Origin: Eledone cirrhosa | Lineage: Eukaryota | DNA length: 64,000 nt | Direction of reading: 5' to 3' | NCBI GenBank assembly: GCA_964016885.1 | Contig: OZ024741.1 | Coordinates: forward strand, 221,030,001 to 221,094,000 | Translations under genes and position numbers: made by a program | Shown: positions 15,459 through 28,446 of the stretch, one piece after another | How the letters are laid out: every line of letters starts with the position of its first letter | Numbering within the stretch: the first letter of the stretch is position 1 | The notes under the pieces: generated by a model | Told to the model about the DNA's origin: nothing | The model's database searches: none | What the model saw: only the letters and a program-made list of their open reading frames with translations

Positions 15459-15598
15459 ATAATTAATCACAAGAATATCTATTTTGTTAATATTTGGAAT
15501 TAATATTAATAACTCTGGAAAACATTTTTGGCGTAGAGTGCTTCCAATCTATTGTAAAACTCATTCTTTGATGTACTCATTGAATCTTGTTTAACTCT

Positions 15599-15642
<44 letters not shown>

Positions 15643-15644
<2 letters not shown>

Positions 15645-15834
15645 CTAGAAATGGCTTCTACAGCACTAGAACTGTTTCATTCGGGAGAAATCAACAGGAA
15701 GGTTGCTGATTTTTTTTCCAGAATGAAACAGTTCTAGTCCAATAGAAGCCATTTCTAGATTAAATATTTATACTCTGCTTTGTATTTAGTACCTTACTTA
15801 CTGTGGTTACCCCCGATTGAACCCTGGATAAACT
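15643..15834 (+). mobile_element. Family A fold-back element with decayed hammerhead cores
   Basis: Arms 15643-15690/15715-15760 and tail TAGTACCTTACTTACTGTGGTTACCCCCGA as at 13.2 kb; left-arm core reads CTGTTGA. Confidence 0.7.
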
Positions 15835-15959
15835 TATATATATATATATATATAACCGTATGTGGTTGACGGCTGAGAGAAAAGAGTACTCAATACCGAA
15901 GAATTACAAGTTCTTGTCTGATTTCCCTGTAAACAGGTAAAATCCCAGAGTAACAAGAC

Positions 15960-17021
15960 TCACTAATTAACTTTAGAAGAGAACTCCATAGCCCTCGTCA
16001 TGTACTCTCGTTACGCAGACGATATCAATATTGTAATAACCCCCCCAATTCAGAAAGGCCATAAGGAAGACGCATTTCAAGATTAAAGTGGTAGAAAGGC
16101 CAGGAACTACCATAAAATCCCTGATCAGCAAAACATACCCCTTTAAGAAAACCTACTGCACGAATAAGAAATGTGTTATATTATATGTAGAATGAACTCC
16201 CAGATAAATTATAAAACCAGAAATGTGGTCTATAGCATAAGATGTACAGAGGGCACTTGCAGAAACATGACAACGACATACATAGGTGAGACAGCTCGAA
16301 GCATAGGAGAAAGAATAGACCAACACTGGGGGGAACTAAAAGGACAAAAAAAAAACGGCTCAGTACTATATGAACACCCCAGACAAAGACATGAAGGTAA
16401 TATAGACAACATAGAAATTAAAATAATATCTAAGCATAGATATGACTCAACAGGTAGGCAAATAAGAGCAGCAACTGAGATAGAACTAAGAATACCGAAG
16501 TTGAGCAGAAAACAGGAATGGAATAACAACAACCATACACAAACGCACAATAATGACCCAAGGTAAATATAAATAAATATAAACAGGTACAATAACAACA
16601 AACACACATAAACACACAGAATACAAACACATATACAGACTCAAATACGAACAAACACCAAACAGAAATACACATACACAAAAACGCATACGTAAATAGA
16701 GACAAGAATAAATAAATAAATAAATAAATAAATAAAAATAAAAATGGAGTAGGCATTACAATACAATGGGAGGAAACATAATAGCACCACTGACGATGTC
16801 ACAGATGTGTGATGAAAGAACTTTGAGGGATTATATATATATATATATATATTTATATCTATATTTTTAACCGTTGGTCAATCAATGATAAACATTGATT
16901 ACCAGATAAATTAACTATGGAGATATAAAATATACAGAAGCGAAAACCAATCCAAACCAAACAGTGAGTGTGTTTCATTATTTTTTCTGGCAATATTATA
17001 ACAATATGACCCTCCCCAAAT

Positions 17022-17028
<7 letters not shown>
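15960..17028 (+). mobile_element. Penelope-like retroelement remnant (internally deleted): RT YxDD motif, GIY-YIG endonuclease, 3' pLTR with hammerhead-like motif
   Basis: ~15993-16040 reads LVMYSRYADDINIVI; ORF 16171-16566 has TRNVVYSIRC..C..YIGETARSIGERIDQH..SVLYEH..RQI..E..LSRKQEW (GIY-YIG); CTGACGA..GAAA at 16790-16817. Confidence 0.85.
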
Positions 17029-17065
<37 letters not shown>

Positions 17066-17105
17066 CCTGAAGATGCACCCACGTTCTTCCCCCAACCCTT
17101 GCTTT

Positions 17106-17192
<87 letters not shown>

Positions 17193-17447
17193 ACACCTAC
17201 ACACACACACCACCTTCAGCCCTCCCCGCTCGGACACCCCGTCTCCCTCTCTCACTCCACCAGCCACCACCCCTACACGCCCCACACCCTTCCACCACCA
17301 GTTTTACCCCATTTTAATTTTATTTTATTTTATTTTGATCATGTTTTTATTTTTAATTTCATTCGCACCGTTTCCTCCCACCCCCCTTTCGCTATATGTC
17401 TCTCCACCACTCCCCTACACACCCTTTGAACTCTCTTCCCACACACT

Positions 17448-17517
17448 TTTCACCTGAAGAAGAGCTTATGCCCGAAACGTCGTTCCCCACCACCACCCCA
17501 CTCTCAAGAGCGTGAAA
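17448..17517 (+). ncRNA. Degenerate hammerhead-like motif
   Basis: tttcac-CTGAAGA-agagcttatgccc-GAAA-cgtcg...gtgaaa; no clean NUH triplet found. Confidence 0.4.
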
Positions 17518-17570
17518 TTAATAAACCTTCGTTGTACTGCCTCTCTGTTTTGTTCCTGTTCAAATTTTCC

Positions 17571-17617
<47 letters not shown>

Positions 17618-18279
17618 ATATTTGGGGAGGTCGTATTGTTATCATATTGCCAGAAAAAACAATGAAAACCATATCTCAACTACTTCCGTCAAGGTTTAAG
17701 ACCACTCTATACATAACACAGCTACCTTTTGTCTAGGTATAAGAGCGCTGTATACGTGTATTTCAGAATTATTATTCGTCATCTGTAGGCGCTTATATAC
17801 TCCGTGATACTGAGGAATGAAAATCATATGAATCTTATAGATTGTGTAAACAGTATTTTTGTTGGTAGCTTAATTCAACCTTATATATAATGCAGGCTTA
17901 GCTGCCTAGTATTAATTAGCGACGATAGTATCACAACGTGATTTAGAATATGTGGGGGATGTGATGCTGTAGGGTAATGGTTAATAGGAAAAGACAGAGC
18001 TAGCATATCATAGTATATCATAGACTACCAGGGGTTTCACATAACGCCCAAAGATCAGCAGGTAATCATTAGTTATGTAAGTGTACCGTTAGATTTTGAA
18101 ACCCTTGGTAGCCTATGATGAAATATGTGTAAAATTAGTGTGTATGTGTATGTATATGTGTGTGTGTGTGTGTGTGTGTGCGTATGTGTGTGTGCGCGTA
18201 CACTCCAGTATGCGTGAGCTTTTACGCTGAGACGGCTTAGAAACTGGTGCTTTTTGTTTATGGCTCATATGTATGTACG

Positions 18280-18369
<90 letters not shown>

Positions 18370-18496
18370 ATTGGAAATCAGTAAAATCGAATCTCTGGCG
18401 GTTTGCAAGTGAATTCGGCCTACTTATATATATATATAACTTAATTATATATATATAGTTATAGGAATAATCAAAGAGTGCTTAGAAATACATTGT

Positions 18497-18550
18497 TTTA
18501 TTAGCTAACAGTGTTTAATCCATACACCATGGCAGGAATCTTCAGAGCCT
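18497..18550 (-). ncRNA. Inactivated hammerhead motif (family D; GAAA mutated to TAAA)
   Basis: Reverse complement: gct-CTGAAGA-ttcctgccatggtgtatggat-TAAA-cactg-TT-agc; homologous to the intact motif at 53541-53585. Confidence 0.55.
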
Positions 18551-19832
18551 ATAAACATGAGTATATCAGTAGTTCCATGCTCCATCGAGCTGCGTCACGA
18601 AAACAAGGTTAAATGACCAGCAGGGGGGTCCTGAGGCTAGCGCTATATGGAAAAAGACATAATACATGATGCACATAATGTCATAAAATGTCTTAAAAAT
18701 TTAAAAATTAAAATTTAAAATTTAAAATTACTCCAAAAATGTTTCACTTAGATGGTGCAATAGATGATAAAGAGATTAGGAAAGGGTAGCAAGGGATGAG
18801 TGAGGGTATTACTTAGCATGATCAGAAACAATACGAAAATTTAAGAAAATAACAAAAAAATAATTTAAAAAAGTACAAAAATACAGGGATAAGAAAAGAG
18901 ATAAATACAAAATACAAAACAATTACTGAACAAAAAGCCCGGAAACCCCCCCAAAAATATATAAAACAAAGCAAAGCATGGATGCATCAAAGCACAAGCA
19001 GTGCAAAAAGAGGGTGTACAGGCAGATCAAGAGAGTTTGCAAGCATGAGTCTGTGAAAAGAATAGTTGGTTAGCAGTAATGCAGCCTTACATGTATGATA
19101 GTCCATATGAGGGATGGTGTACTCCAATTATATCGCCTTGTAATAGGTCGATTCTCCTTATCATATCCGCACCCTACGAACCACATCGATATGTTCCAGT
19201 TCCGAACTGCAAGTGAGATAACACTATTTTTCCAAAACCTATACCCAGGGGATTTATCACCATAGGCGGTCTGGGATATACACCTAAAATTTACAATAAA
19301 AAATAAAAGAAGGTACAATGAGTTAAAGAAATGTATGGCACATATACAGCTGGCACAGATGTGAGGAAATGGAAAATATTCGGTCACTCAATCCAACGTG
19401 CCAGGTGAAATTCACTGTATCTCCAAGTTGGCGTTCAACCAATGTACCGCACCGCATAGAACTGTACCACAGCAAATACAAATCGTGATGGCAATCCAGT
19501 CACACATAGATAAAAGTGCACACAGGAAACTCCGCTTCCAGAATCACATATGGCAGAATGAGCATATATTGTTATAATAATAGGCGGGTTTATTATAGTG
19601 AGTGCAAGTTTTTGTAGGATATATAGATATAATAGTTTGTGCATATGTGCTCAATACTCGTGCCTACAGGGTTAAATATTAGAAGCGTTAATAACTAGTG
19701 GGCGATAAAATAAGCAGAGCGATTATAAAAGAAATGAATACAAAGGAGTATATACTGTTAAAACATGTTTATATACAATGCGCCATGTTATATAAACGTG
19801 TTTTAACGGTATATACTCCTTTGTATTCATTT

Positions 19833-19873
<41 letters not shown>

Positions 19874-20116
19874 TAGTACAGTATCATTGAAGCTCTGGTT
19901 GCAGCCAAGCTAACGAATGCAGTCGGGGTGTACAGCTAAGCACTCAATAAGGTATATTACCTTAGAGTTATAACATTACGTTTAGACAGCTTTGCAAATT
20001 GAAGACAGAGACCGATAGACGGGCCGCAGTGACCAGAGCGACGAAAAAAACTGAACTCAGGATAAAATATAACAAACCTGGACCATTGCGTCGATAACAA
20101 ACACAACACATAATAT

Positions 20117-20300
20117 ATAATTGTTTCTACTTTAGGCACAAGGCCAGCAATTACCCAGTGCATTACTGGTACTTCATTTTATCGACCCCGTAAGGATGAA
20201 AGGCAAAGTCAACCTCGGCGGGATTTGAACTCAGATCATAAAGGGACGCAACTATGCTGGAAAGCATGGCGTCAAACCCTCTACTGATACTGCCAATCCA
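20117..20300 (-). mobile_element. tRNA-derived SINE (Octopus-type, Nin/Deu-like central domain) inserted into the 19.9-20.4 kb repeat
   Basis: Reverse complement has TGGATTGGCAGTATC..CTGAGTTCAAATCCCGCCGAGGTTGACTTTGCCTTTCATCCTTACGGGGTCGATAAAA..GTACCAG..GCTGGCCTTGTGCCTAAAGTAGAAAC. Confidence 0.9.
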
Positions 20301-20617
20301 ATAATATATAATATACATCACATATAATATGTAATATCTCCGCTAGGTTTCTGTAAATCCGAAATCGACAAAATCCACTTGCAGGGGTCTGCAAGTTATA
20401 TGTGTGTGTGTGTGGATTTGTGTGTAGATATCTATGTATGCATGTATCTATGATTATATGTATGACTGTATATAGGAATATATGTATGTATGCATCCATA
20501 CATGTATGTATATATATTTATGCATGCATGCATATGTGTATGTGTATGTATATGTATATATATTAAGTATGTATATTTGTGTATATGTATCTGTATGTAT
20601 GTTCTTATGTATGTATT

Positions 20618-20659
<42 letters not shown>

Positions 20660-20955
20660 TACGTATATTTGTATGCGTGTGTGCATGTGTGCGTGTGTGT
20701 GTATGTGTTTGTGTGTGTGTAATTGTGTGAGGAAACACATTTACTTAATTGATTGTAGATATGAAGTATATATTTGTTTAATAATTTTGATTCTTATCTC
20801 TATTGTAATATTGATTAATTAATACATAAGACTGTACTGTAGTAATGTGATTAGGTGACCTTCATGCCTTGCCCGATCACACACATATTTCTCCTTCGCT
20901 TGGTATTGATGAAAGTCTGCTCGCCATTATTTATGCCTGCATTTATATCTGTGTG

Positions 20956-21032
<77 letters not shown>

Positions 21033-21229
21033 GTATGTATGAATGTATGAAATGTTTGTATGTGTGTGTGTGTGTGTTAGTGTATGTATGTATGCATGCA
21101 TGTTAGTGTATGTATGTATATATATATATGTATGAATGTATGCGTGTATGTATGTATGTATATATGTGTGTATGAATGTATATATTTATATATATGTATG
21201 TCTGAATGTATGTATGTATGTATGTATCT

Positions 21230-24200
21230 GTGTTCTTCTGGTTTTATAATTTCACAAATTTTTACCAATAAAGAGAGTGTCGGTTTCTAACATAGACACA
21301 AGACTCTCTCATTGGAATTTACACAACATCAACTAGGTAGATATGTATGCATGTCTGCATGTGTAGATATGGATGTTATTGTATGTATGGATGTGTATGT
21401 TTTGAGTTGTATGTGTGCATGTGTATATGCTTTGTATCTGTACATGTGTATATGCAGTTATTAAATGCAAAATTTTTGGAATGTTTTACATATTTTTACT
21501 GTTCCATTAATCGATTGTACTTGTAATTTCCTAACTAGTTGTGCTCTTTCTGTTCCAGTGAAGCCTAGCTTCTCAAGATTTGTATTGAGGCAGTTACTAA
21601 CATATCCCAGTGCCCCAATAATCACAGGCATAAATCTGAAGGTATAATCAGGGTGGAGTATCTGCAGATTTCTCATCAGTTCTGCATAAATATTCTCTTT
21701 TTTGCTAATCTTTAATATTATATTGGCATCTGCTGGGCAGCTAATTTCCACTACTGTGCATGCTTTCTTTTCCCTGTCCCATATCATAATATCCAGTCTG
21801 CTATGCTTGCATTTTATTGGTGTTTTTACTGGAACATTCCACCAGTACTCTTTCATATTATGTACCAGGATGTCTTCCACATTGCTGTAGCTTTTAATGT
21901 GTTTATTATCGGGGCCAACTTTTCCACAGATTGCATTGTACAGTGTTTTGGCCACTACATTATACCTCATAGGTAGATAGTACCGCGATAACATCTTTGG
22001 ACAGCTGCTGATGACATGGGTGACATCTTCGATGTTAATTCTGCAGAGTCTGCACTTGTTATCACATCTAGGTGTTTTGCCTGCATCCCTATCTCTTTTG
22101 TGAATCAGGTTAATTTCCTGTTCTTGGATTGCAAAAGCGTATCCTTCAAAGTGGGAGCCAATATAGCGGTTGTTGGTCCAAGATAGACTCATTTCCTTAT
22201 CTATATTACTCTCACTCTGGAGCTTCCTGGCAACATATCCTTGCAGGATTTTTTGCTGATAAGCATGCAGTTTTTCATCCATGGATTCACTGCGATACTG
22301 TTGAACGACTTCCCTGGGTATGAGCTTTTGATTATCAAACAGAGAATATCTCTCGAGGAGTTCCTTCCTAACTCTCATGATCTTATCTGTTTCATGCAGA
22401 TAGACTTGCTCGAAAGACGGGCTCCTACGCTTCGAGGTTCGTAGATCTTGTCGGAGGGATATGATGCGACATTCAACTGCTGTCTGGACTGATGTTAGGC
22501 CTCTGCCTCCCTGCTTACGTTTCAAGTGAAGGCGGTCTATGTCACTGTTGATGTGGAAGTTTCCGGTGTTGTTTAGTATTTTTCGAGTTCTAACATCAAC
22601 TGCTCGGATCTCGTCTATCGTCCAATTGAGTATTCCAAACGTTGGTGTTAGGACAGGCACAGCAAACACATTGTGAGCCACTGTTTTGTTTTGCGCAGAT
22701 AGTTCCGATGACCAAATCTTTCTTAATCGGGTGTAGTATTCCCTGGTTACGCGTTCCTTATTACAGATACCATTATAAGATATGTTCTCATATATCCCTA
22801 GGTATCTGTAGCAGTCTTCATCGATATCGGTGAAACAGTTAGGCCATTGATGACAATGTTGCTAGATTGGGTTGTTGTTTTTCCCCGCTTTACAGTCGTG
22901 TATGAGCATTTATCTTGGCCAAACTCCATTCCTATATGCTTTGAGAACGTTGTAACCAGGTCAAGATTTTTCTTCATCCCATCTTAGCATAGAATTTCAG
23001 ATCATCCACAAAGAAATTATGGGTTAGGTTCGTATTTCTGTCCTCCTGTGAGCCAATGATGTATCCTTCACATTTCTTGAGCAGAAAGGACAAGGGGTTT
23101 AATGACAAGATGAATAATATCACAGAGGGACTGTGCCCCTGAAATATACCCCTGCGATATTTTATTTTATCAGTGAAAAAAGAGTCCTCCCTCTCTGTCT
23201 TTAACCTTAGGATAGTAGCCCAAGAAGAAGACAACCTCTCTATTGCTCTGATAATAATGTCTGGGACTTTAGCAAGTTGGAGGGCCTCTATCATCCAAGA
23301 GTGGTGAACAGAATCGAAAGCTTTCCTGTAGTCCAGCCAGACTGTAGTCGTATTCCTCCTAAGTTGTCGCACCTCCGACATCGCAGTTTTGTTGATCAGG
23401 AGTTGTTCAGCACATCCCCAAACCCCTTTCTTTCCAGCTGCTTGTTCATCTGTGATGATGTTATTATTTTCACAGTGATCTTGGAGGAATAGGTTCAGGC
23501 AGGCTGTATACATCTTATACATCAGGTTCTGGCACGAAATGGGTCGGTAGTTTGTTGCCAAGTGGGTGTCTTTGTTCTTGGGGACCAGTAATGTTTGTGC
23601 TAATGTCAACCATTCTGGTATAAGTGTATCTTCCTCTTCCTTAAGAACTTGTTGGTAGAGGTCAGTAAGATACCTTCGATAGAATATCAGTTTTTGGTAC
23701 CAGTAGCCGACAATCATGTCTCTTCCTGGTGTTTTCTTATCTTGGAGTTTTCCTACCACAGTCTCTAGGGTACCCTCACTTATTTCGTATGTTTTTGTTG
23801 TAGTGTAGGAGCAATAGTTCTTTCGGATTTCTTTTAGCCACACTGCATCTTGGTTAAGATTCTTCTTTTCACCCCATATTTTTCTCCAAAAGGAATCTAT
23901 GTCTTTCTGGGATGGGGCCTCAGTGACACTGATTATTTTGTCCTTCATATCTCTATAGACTGATGTTTCGTTTCGTCTTAATCTTTTATTAAGCATTTTT
24001 CTTTCATCTACCTTCTTCAGGTATCGGCGTTTTTCGCTAACAGCTCTCAATTCTTGTTTGAGGGTGATCAGCTTATATTGAAGAGTTCTGGTTCTACTGT
24101 TACCAAACATCGTCTCTATTTTATTTTTCACTCTTTGTTGGTGAGGAGTGAAATTTTTTTGTGTTTGTTTGCATGTAAGGAGCATTGTCACATATCCTAT

Positions 24201-25310
24201 GGTTTTTCGTAGGCCAGCAATTTTTAAATCTATTTTAGTTATATACGATGGTATTTTTGGTGGTGTTTTGTTCTTGTTAATATCTCTGCTATCACCAAGA
24301 TAATGCTTCACTGTCGTTGATTTGCCAAAATGTTGGGGTTATTATCCGTCGTAAATATTCACCCCTCATTTCGTCAATAACATGTATTATTTCATTATTT
24401 GGTTTTTTTATTAATTATTGTTGTTTTAATACGTTCAGCAAGAGAGATATTTATACATGAATAATTTCTCCCTGGAAGATTTCGTTGAGGGAAATTTTCA
24501 ATTGTTTATACTTTTGATTATTATCATTATCGATAGTATTTTCCACAATAGTCGAGGTAGACTCGGATGGTACACGTGGTGTCAAATTTCTTCGATTATT
24601 ATTATTATCGATAGTGTTTTCCCCAGCATTCGAGGTAGATTAGATGGTACACGTGGTGTCAAGCCTCTTACAGGCATAATTGTTTCAAGGCACTGTTTGA
24701 CCTGGCTGCTAGGAAGTCTAGTAGCATGGTGACTTGTAGCACGTGTTGTTGATTCCATGTTTGTTGTGGGGGACTTACAAATAATAATATTTATCTTATT
24801 TTTACGTTCAACAAACGTCGCTTGTTGGCGTAATTGTTTCGCTGTGAAATGATTTAGCTCTGGGTGCATTTCGTCCCAGTGTAGCTTCATTCTATTCATA
24901 TAGCCAATGGAGGGATTGTTTTTTGCCATTTTATAACAATTAAATAAATCATTATTAAGTTCGCAACTCCAAGAGAAATGGTATTTATAATTTCGGTTTC
25001 TACTGTAGCTACAACTGAATACATATTGTTTACCTTTCTAGTTTTTCTTTGGTATTCCACTGATATTTTTGTTGTTGATGTTGTGTTCAGCCATGCTGTT
25101 TGTAGCAAATCCTTGTAAAATGAATTATGTATTCAGTCGGATATCTCTACGAATTGGAATAAAAGGTGTCTTCAGTGGATATAGTTAGAAGAATAACCAG
25201 TTATTCAACATGACTGGTAGTTGTGGCACTTCTGTTGGAGAGAGTATTCATCTTAAATTTAATAAATAATCTCCCATGCCAAAATATGCGACTGATCGCG
25301 TTGACTGACT
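21230..25310 (-). mobile_element. Near full-length, decayed R4/Dong-type non-LTR retrotransposon (RT + CCHC finger + restriction-like endonuclease)
   Basis: ORF 22974-24311: NYRPISC, WLDYRKAFDSVHHSW, RGIFQG.SPS..LF, FFVDDLKFY. ORF 21461-22681: RKQGGRGL, FAIQEQEI, CRLC..EDVTHVISSC, R.DI..VEISCP. Multiple frameshifts; flanked by (TATG)n. Confidence 0.92.
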
Positions 25311-25418
25311 GACATATATGTATGAATGTATGTATGTATTTGTGTATGTTAGTATATGTATGTAATATATGTATATATATCTGTTAGTGTATGTATATAT
25401 GCATGCATTATTAGTGTA

Positions 25419-26237
25419 TCATAATCTTATTAAGCTCAGTGTGTGGTCATGCTCCTTCGTTATAGAAATCTACGATATAGAATTTCTTCAATTGAAATTT
25501 ACAATTCAGTATTCGAAATAGTTTCGATTACGTCTTGACGCAGATAATGTTTTCAATTTCACCCACAATTACGCAAAAAATAGATAAAACTCAATATTTT
25601 ACGATTTTTCGATTTTTCTCTCTCATTTAAACTGCTGAACTCTTTCTACTACCATTCAAAATCTATACAACTTCATACTTTCTGCTACTTTCTCTTTCCA
25701 AGCTTGATGGTGATACTGTCCGTTCACACCACTCCCTTAAATTTAGAAAAAACATATCCTCTATGAGGTTACTAAACCTGCTACGAACAGCAGCTAACTC
25801 TCCCCCATATCACACCCCTCCCCACATCACTCCCTACTGTCTTAAATTTAGAAAACACATATCCCCTATGAGGTTACTAAACCTGCTAGAAACAGCAGCT
25901 AACTCTCCCTCATATCACAACCCTCCCTACTGTCTTAAATTTAGAAAACACACAGACAACCATGCAGAACAACTCCATCGCAGCTCTGTTGTTCGGCTGG
26001 CATCGTCTACGCGCGTGTTGCGCAAGTACTGTGAAACAATAAATTTCAACACTTTTTTGCACAGAGATAATATCCATAGGCGAAACTACAATTGTCACTG
26101 CTGGCGCAGCTCATGCTTCCAGGTCTGCAATTCATTCACCCAGTGCCTGGCAGACAAAAAAGTGCTGTCATAAAATGGGTGGTGCAACCTAACTTTGGTA
26201 ACTTAATGACCCCGAGCAACGCCGGGCTTTAATGCTA

Positions 26238-26238
<1 letters not shown>
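25419..26238 (+). mobile_element. Non-autonomous Helitron
   Basis: 5' TC after host A; 3' hairpin CCCG-AGCAACGC-CGGG then CTAG before host T; no TSD; removal restores TTAGTGTA|TGTATATAT, matching the local repeat. Confidence 0.8.
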
Positions 26239-26293
<55 letters not shown>

Positions 26294-26493
26294 ATGTATG
26301 TATGTTTGTATGAATGCATGTATGTATGTATGTATATATGTATGTATGAATGTATGATTGTGTGTATGTAAATGTGTATGTTATTGCATGTATGTAATGT
26401 ATGTACGTATGTTCGTATGTTTGTATATTTTTATGTATGTATGCATGTTAGTGTATGCATATATGAATATATGTATGTATGTGTGTGTATGTA

Positions 26494-26718
26494 TGTTCTT
26501 CTGGTTTTATAATTTCACAAATGTTTACCAATAGAGAGTCGGTTTCTAGCCTAGACAAAATACTCTTTCATTGGAATTTACACCACATCAACTAGGTAGA
26601 TTATGTATGCATGCATGTATAGGTATGGATGGTAATGTATGTGTGAATGTGTATGTTTTGAGTTGTATGTGTGTATGTGCATATGCTTTGTATCTGTACA
26701 AGTGTATATGCAGTTATT
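26494..26718 (-). mobile_element. 3' UTR-only copy of the R4/Dong-type LINE
   Basis: Matches 21230-21460 (GTTCTTCTGGTTTTATAATTTCACAAA..TTGGAATTTACAC.ACATCAACTAGGTAGA); in (TATG)n. Confidence 0.85.
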
Positions 26719-27026
26719 GGTTGAAGAAATGTTTGCACATTAGTGTATGTATGTATATATGTATGTATATTAGTGTGTTTATGTATATATGTTAGTGTCT
26801 GTGTGTGTATGTTTGTGTCAGTATGTGCATATATGTATGTTAGTGCCTGTGTATATATGTATGCATGTATGCATGTGTTTGTGTGTAAGTGTGTGTGTGT
26901 CCCATTAATAAGACTTGAACAACAAGCTATGGGGTTTTTTCTTATTATTTATTTAATGGAGAACCAAAATGCAAATTTTTGTTAAAAGTTTCAACTTAGA
27001 GCAACATTTTTTTATTCTAAATTTAA

Positions 27027-27262
27027 TGGCAGTGGGTTGGCAGTGGATTGTCAGTGGATTGACAGTGGATTGGCAGTGCGCTGGCAGTGGATTAGCTGTG
27101 GATTGGCAGTGGATTGGCAGTGGGTTGGCAGTGGATTGGCAGTGGATTGACAGTGGATTAGCAGTGGATTGACAGTGGGTTGGCAGCGGATTGGCAGTGG
27201 GTTGGCAGTGGATTAACAGCAGATTGGCAATGGAATGACAGTGGGCTGGCAGTGTATTTGGC
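27027..27262. repeat. 11-bp tandem repeat (GGCAGTGGATT), ~21 units, fused to a SINE body (to ~27395)
   Basis: Directly visible; followed by TTCTGAGTTCAAATC..GAGGTCAACTTTG. Confidence 0.9.
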
Positions 27263-28106
27263 AGAGTCATTACAACAGAGGTCAAATCCTTGGCAGTATT
27301 TCTTCCGGTTCTTTACGTTCTGAGTTCAAATCTCTTCGAGGTCAACTTTGGTTTTCATCCTTCAAATTGCTGGCCTTGTGCAAATCTTAGAAAGAATTAC
27401 TCTTCTAAGATTGGTGAAAAATAGTTTGTTGTTTGTTAACCCTTTAGCATTTAAAGTAGCCATATCCGGCCAAAGTTCTTTCACCTATTTCCGTTCAAAC
27501 CAGCCATAACTGGCTGTTCATACTTATGTTAAGGTATTGTTCTCAAAATAAATAATATCAAAATCTTTTAGATTCAATATTATGTGAGATAATTATGTAA
27601 GATAAAGTGTTTACCGTGAAATTAATAATAGTATATATAGAATAATGTATATGCTAAACGGTTAAGTCAAATTCAATATGGCTGCTGCTGATGTAAAATG
27701 TCAGGTCTATGACAGATATGTTAATGAAGAGTCGAAATTACAGAACAGGTTTAGGTAAACAGCCACTGTTGCCATGTCAACGTCAAAAACTAAGAGATTG
27801 TTTCGGATCGAAATTGACAGACAAGCTCCGTCGTAGCTAACGAGCAGGTAGGTCCCTAGATCACCATTCGACTTGTTAAAAATAGCAAGAAAACCTTCAT
27901 TAAATTACACCTTACTGGCTTACGAAGTAATGATCGTGGCTGCAACGTTTATCAACAATTCTTTTGACTGACAGCTGACCTAGGGCTAAACAACAACTAT
28001 CACCCAATTAGGGTGTTTCTACATGATCGCTCGATCTGCAAGACATAACAGCTAATTCTCTATCAAATTGCTGCCCACCATCATGAAATTAGAGGAAATA
28101 CATGAA

Positions 28107-28446
28107 ATAATTGTTTCTACATTTGGAACAAGGCCAGCAATTACCTAGTGCATTACTGGTACTTTATTTTATCGACCCTGTAAGGATGAAAGGCAAGACG
28201 TAACTATGCTGTAAAGCATGGCGTCCGACCCTCTACCGATACTGCCAATTCACCATGAAATAATTGTTTCTATTTTAGGCACAAGGCCAGCAATTACCCA
28301 GTGCATTACTGGTACTTTATTTTATCGACCCCGTAAGGATGAAAGGCAAAGTCAACCTCGGCGGGATTTGAACTCAGATCGTAAAGGGACGTAACTATGC
28401 TGTAAAGCATGGCGTCCGACCCTCTACCGATACTGCCAATCCACCA
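28107..28446 (-). mobile_element. Two tandem SINE copies (first internally deleted)
   Basis: Same SINE as 20117-20300; CATGAAATAAT occurs at all three junctions (~28101, ~28255, ~28445). Confidence 0.9.

Noticed and set aside
17745-17792. Hammerhead-like ATGACGA...GAAA on the minus strand
   Set aside because: Core C3 is missing and helix I does not pair adjacent to the core
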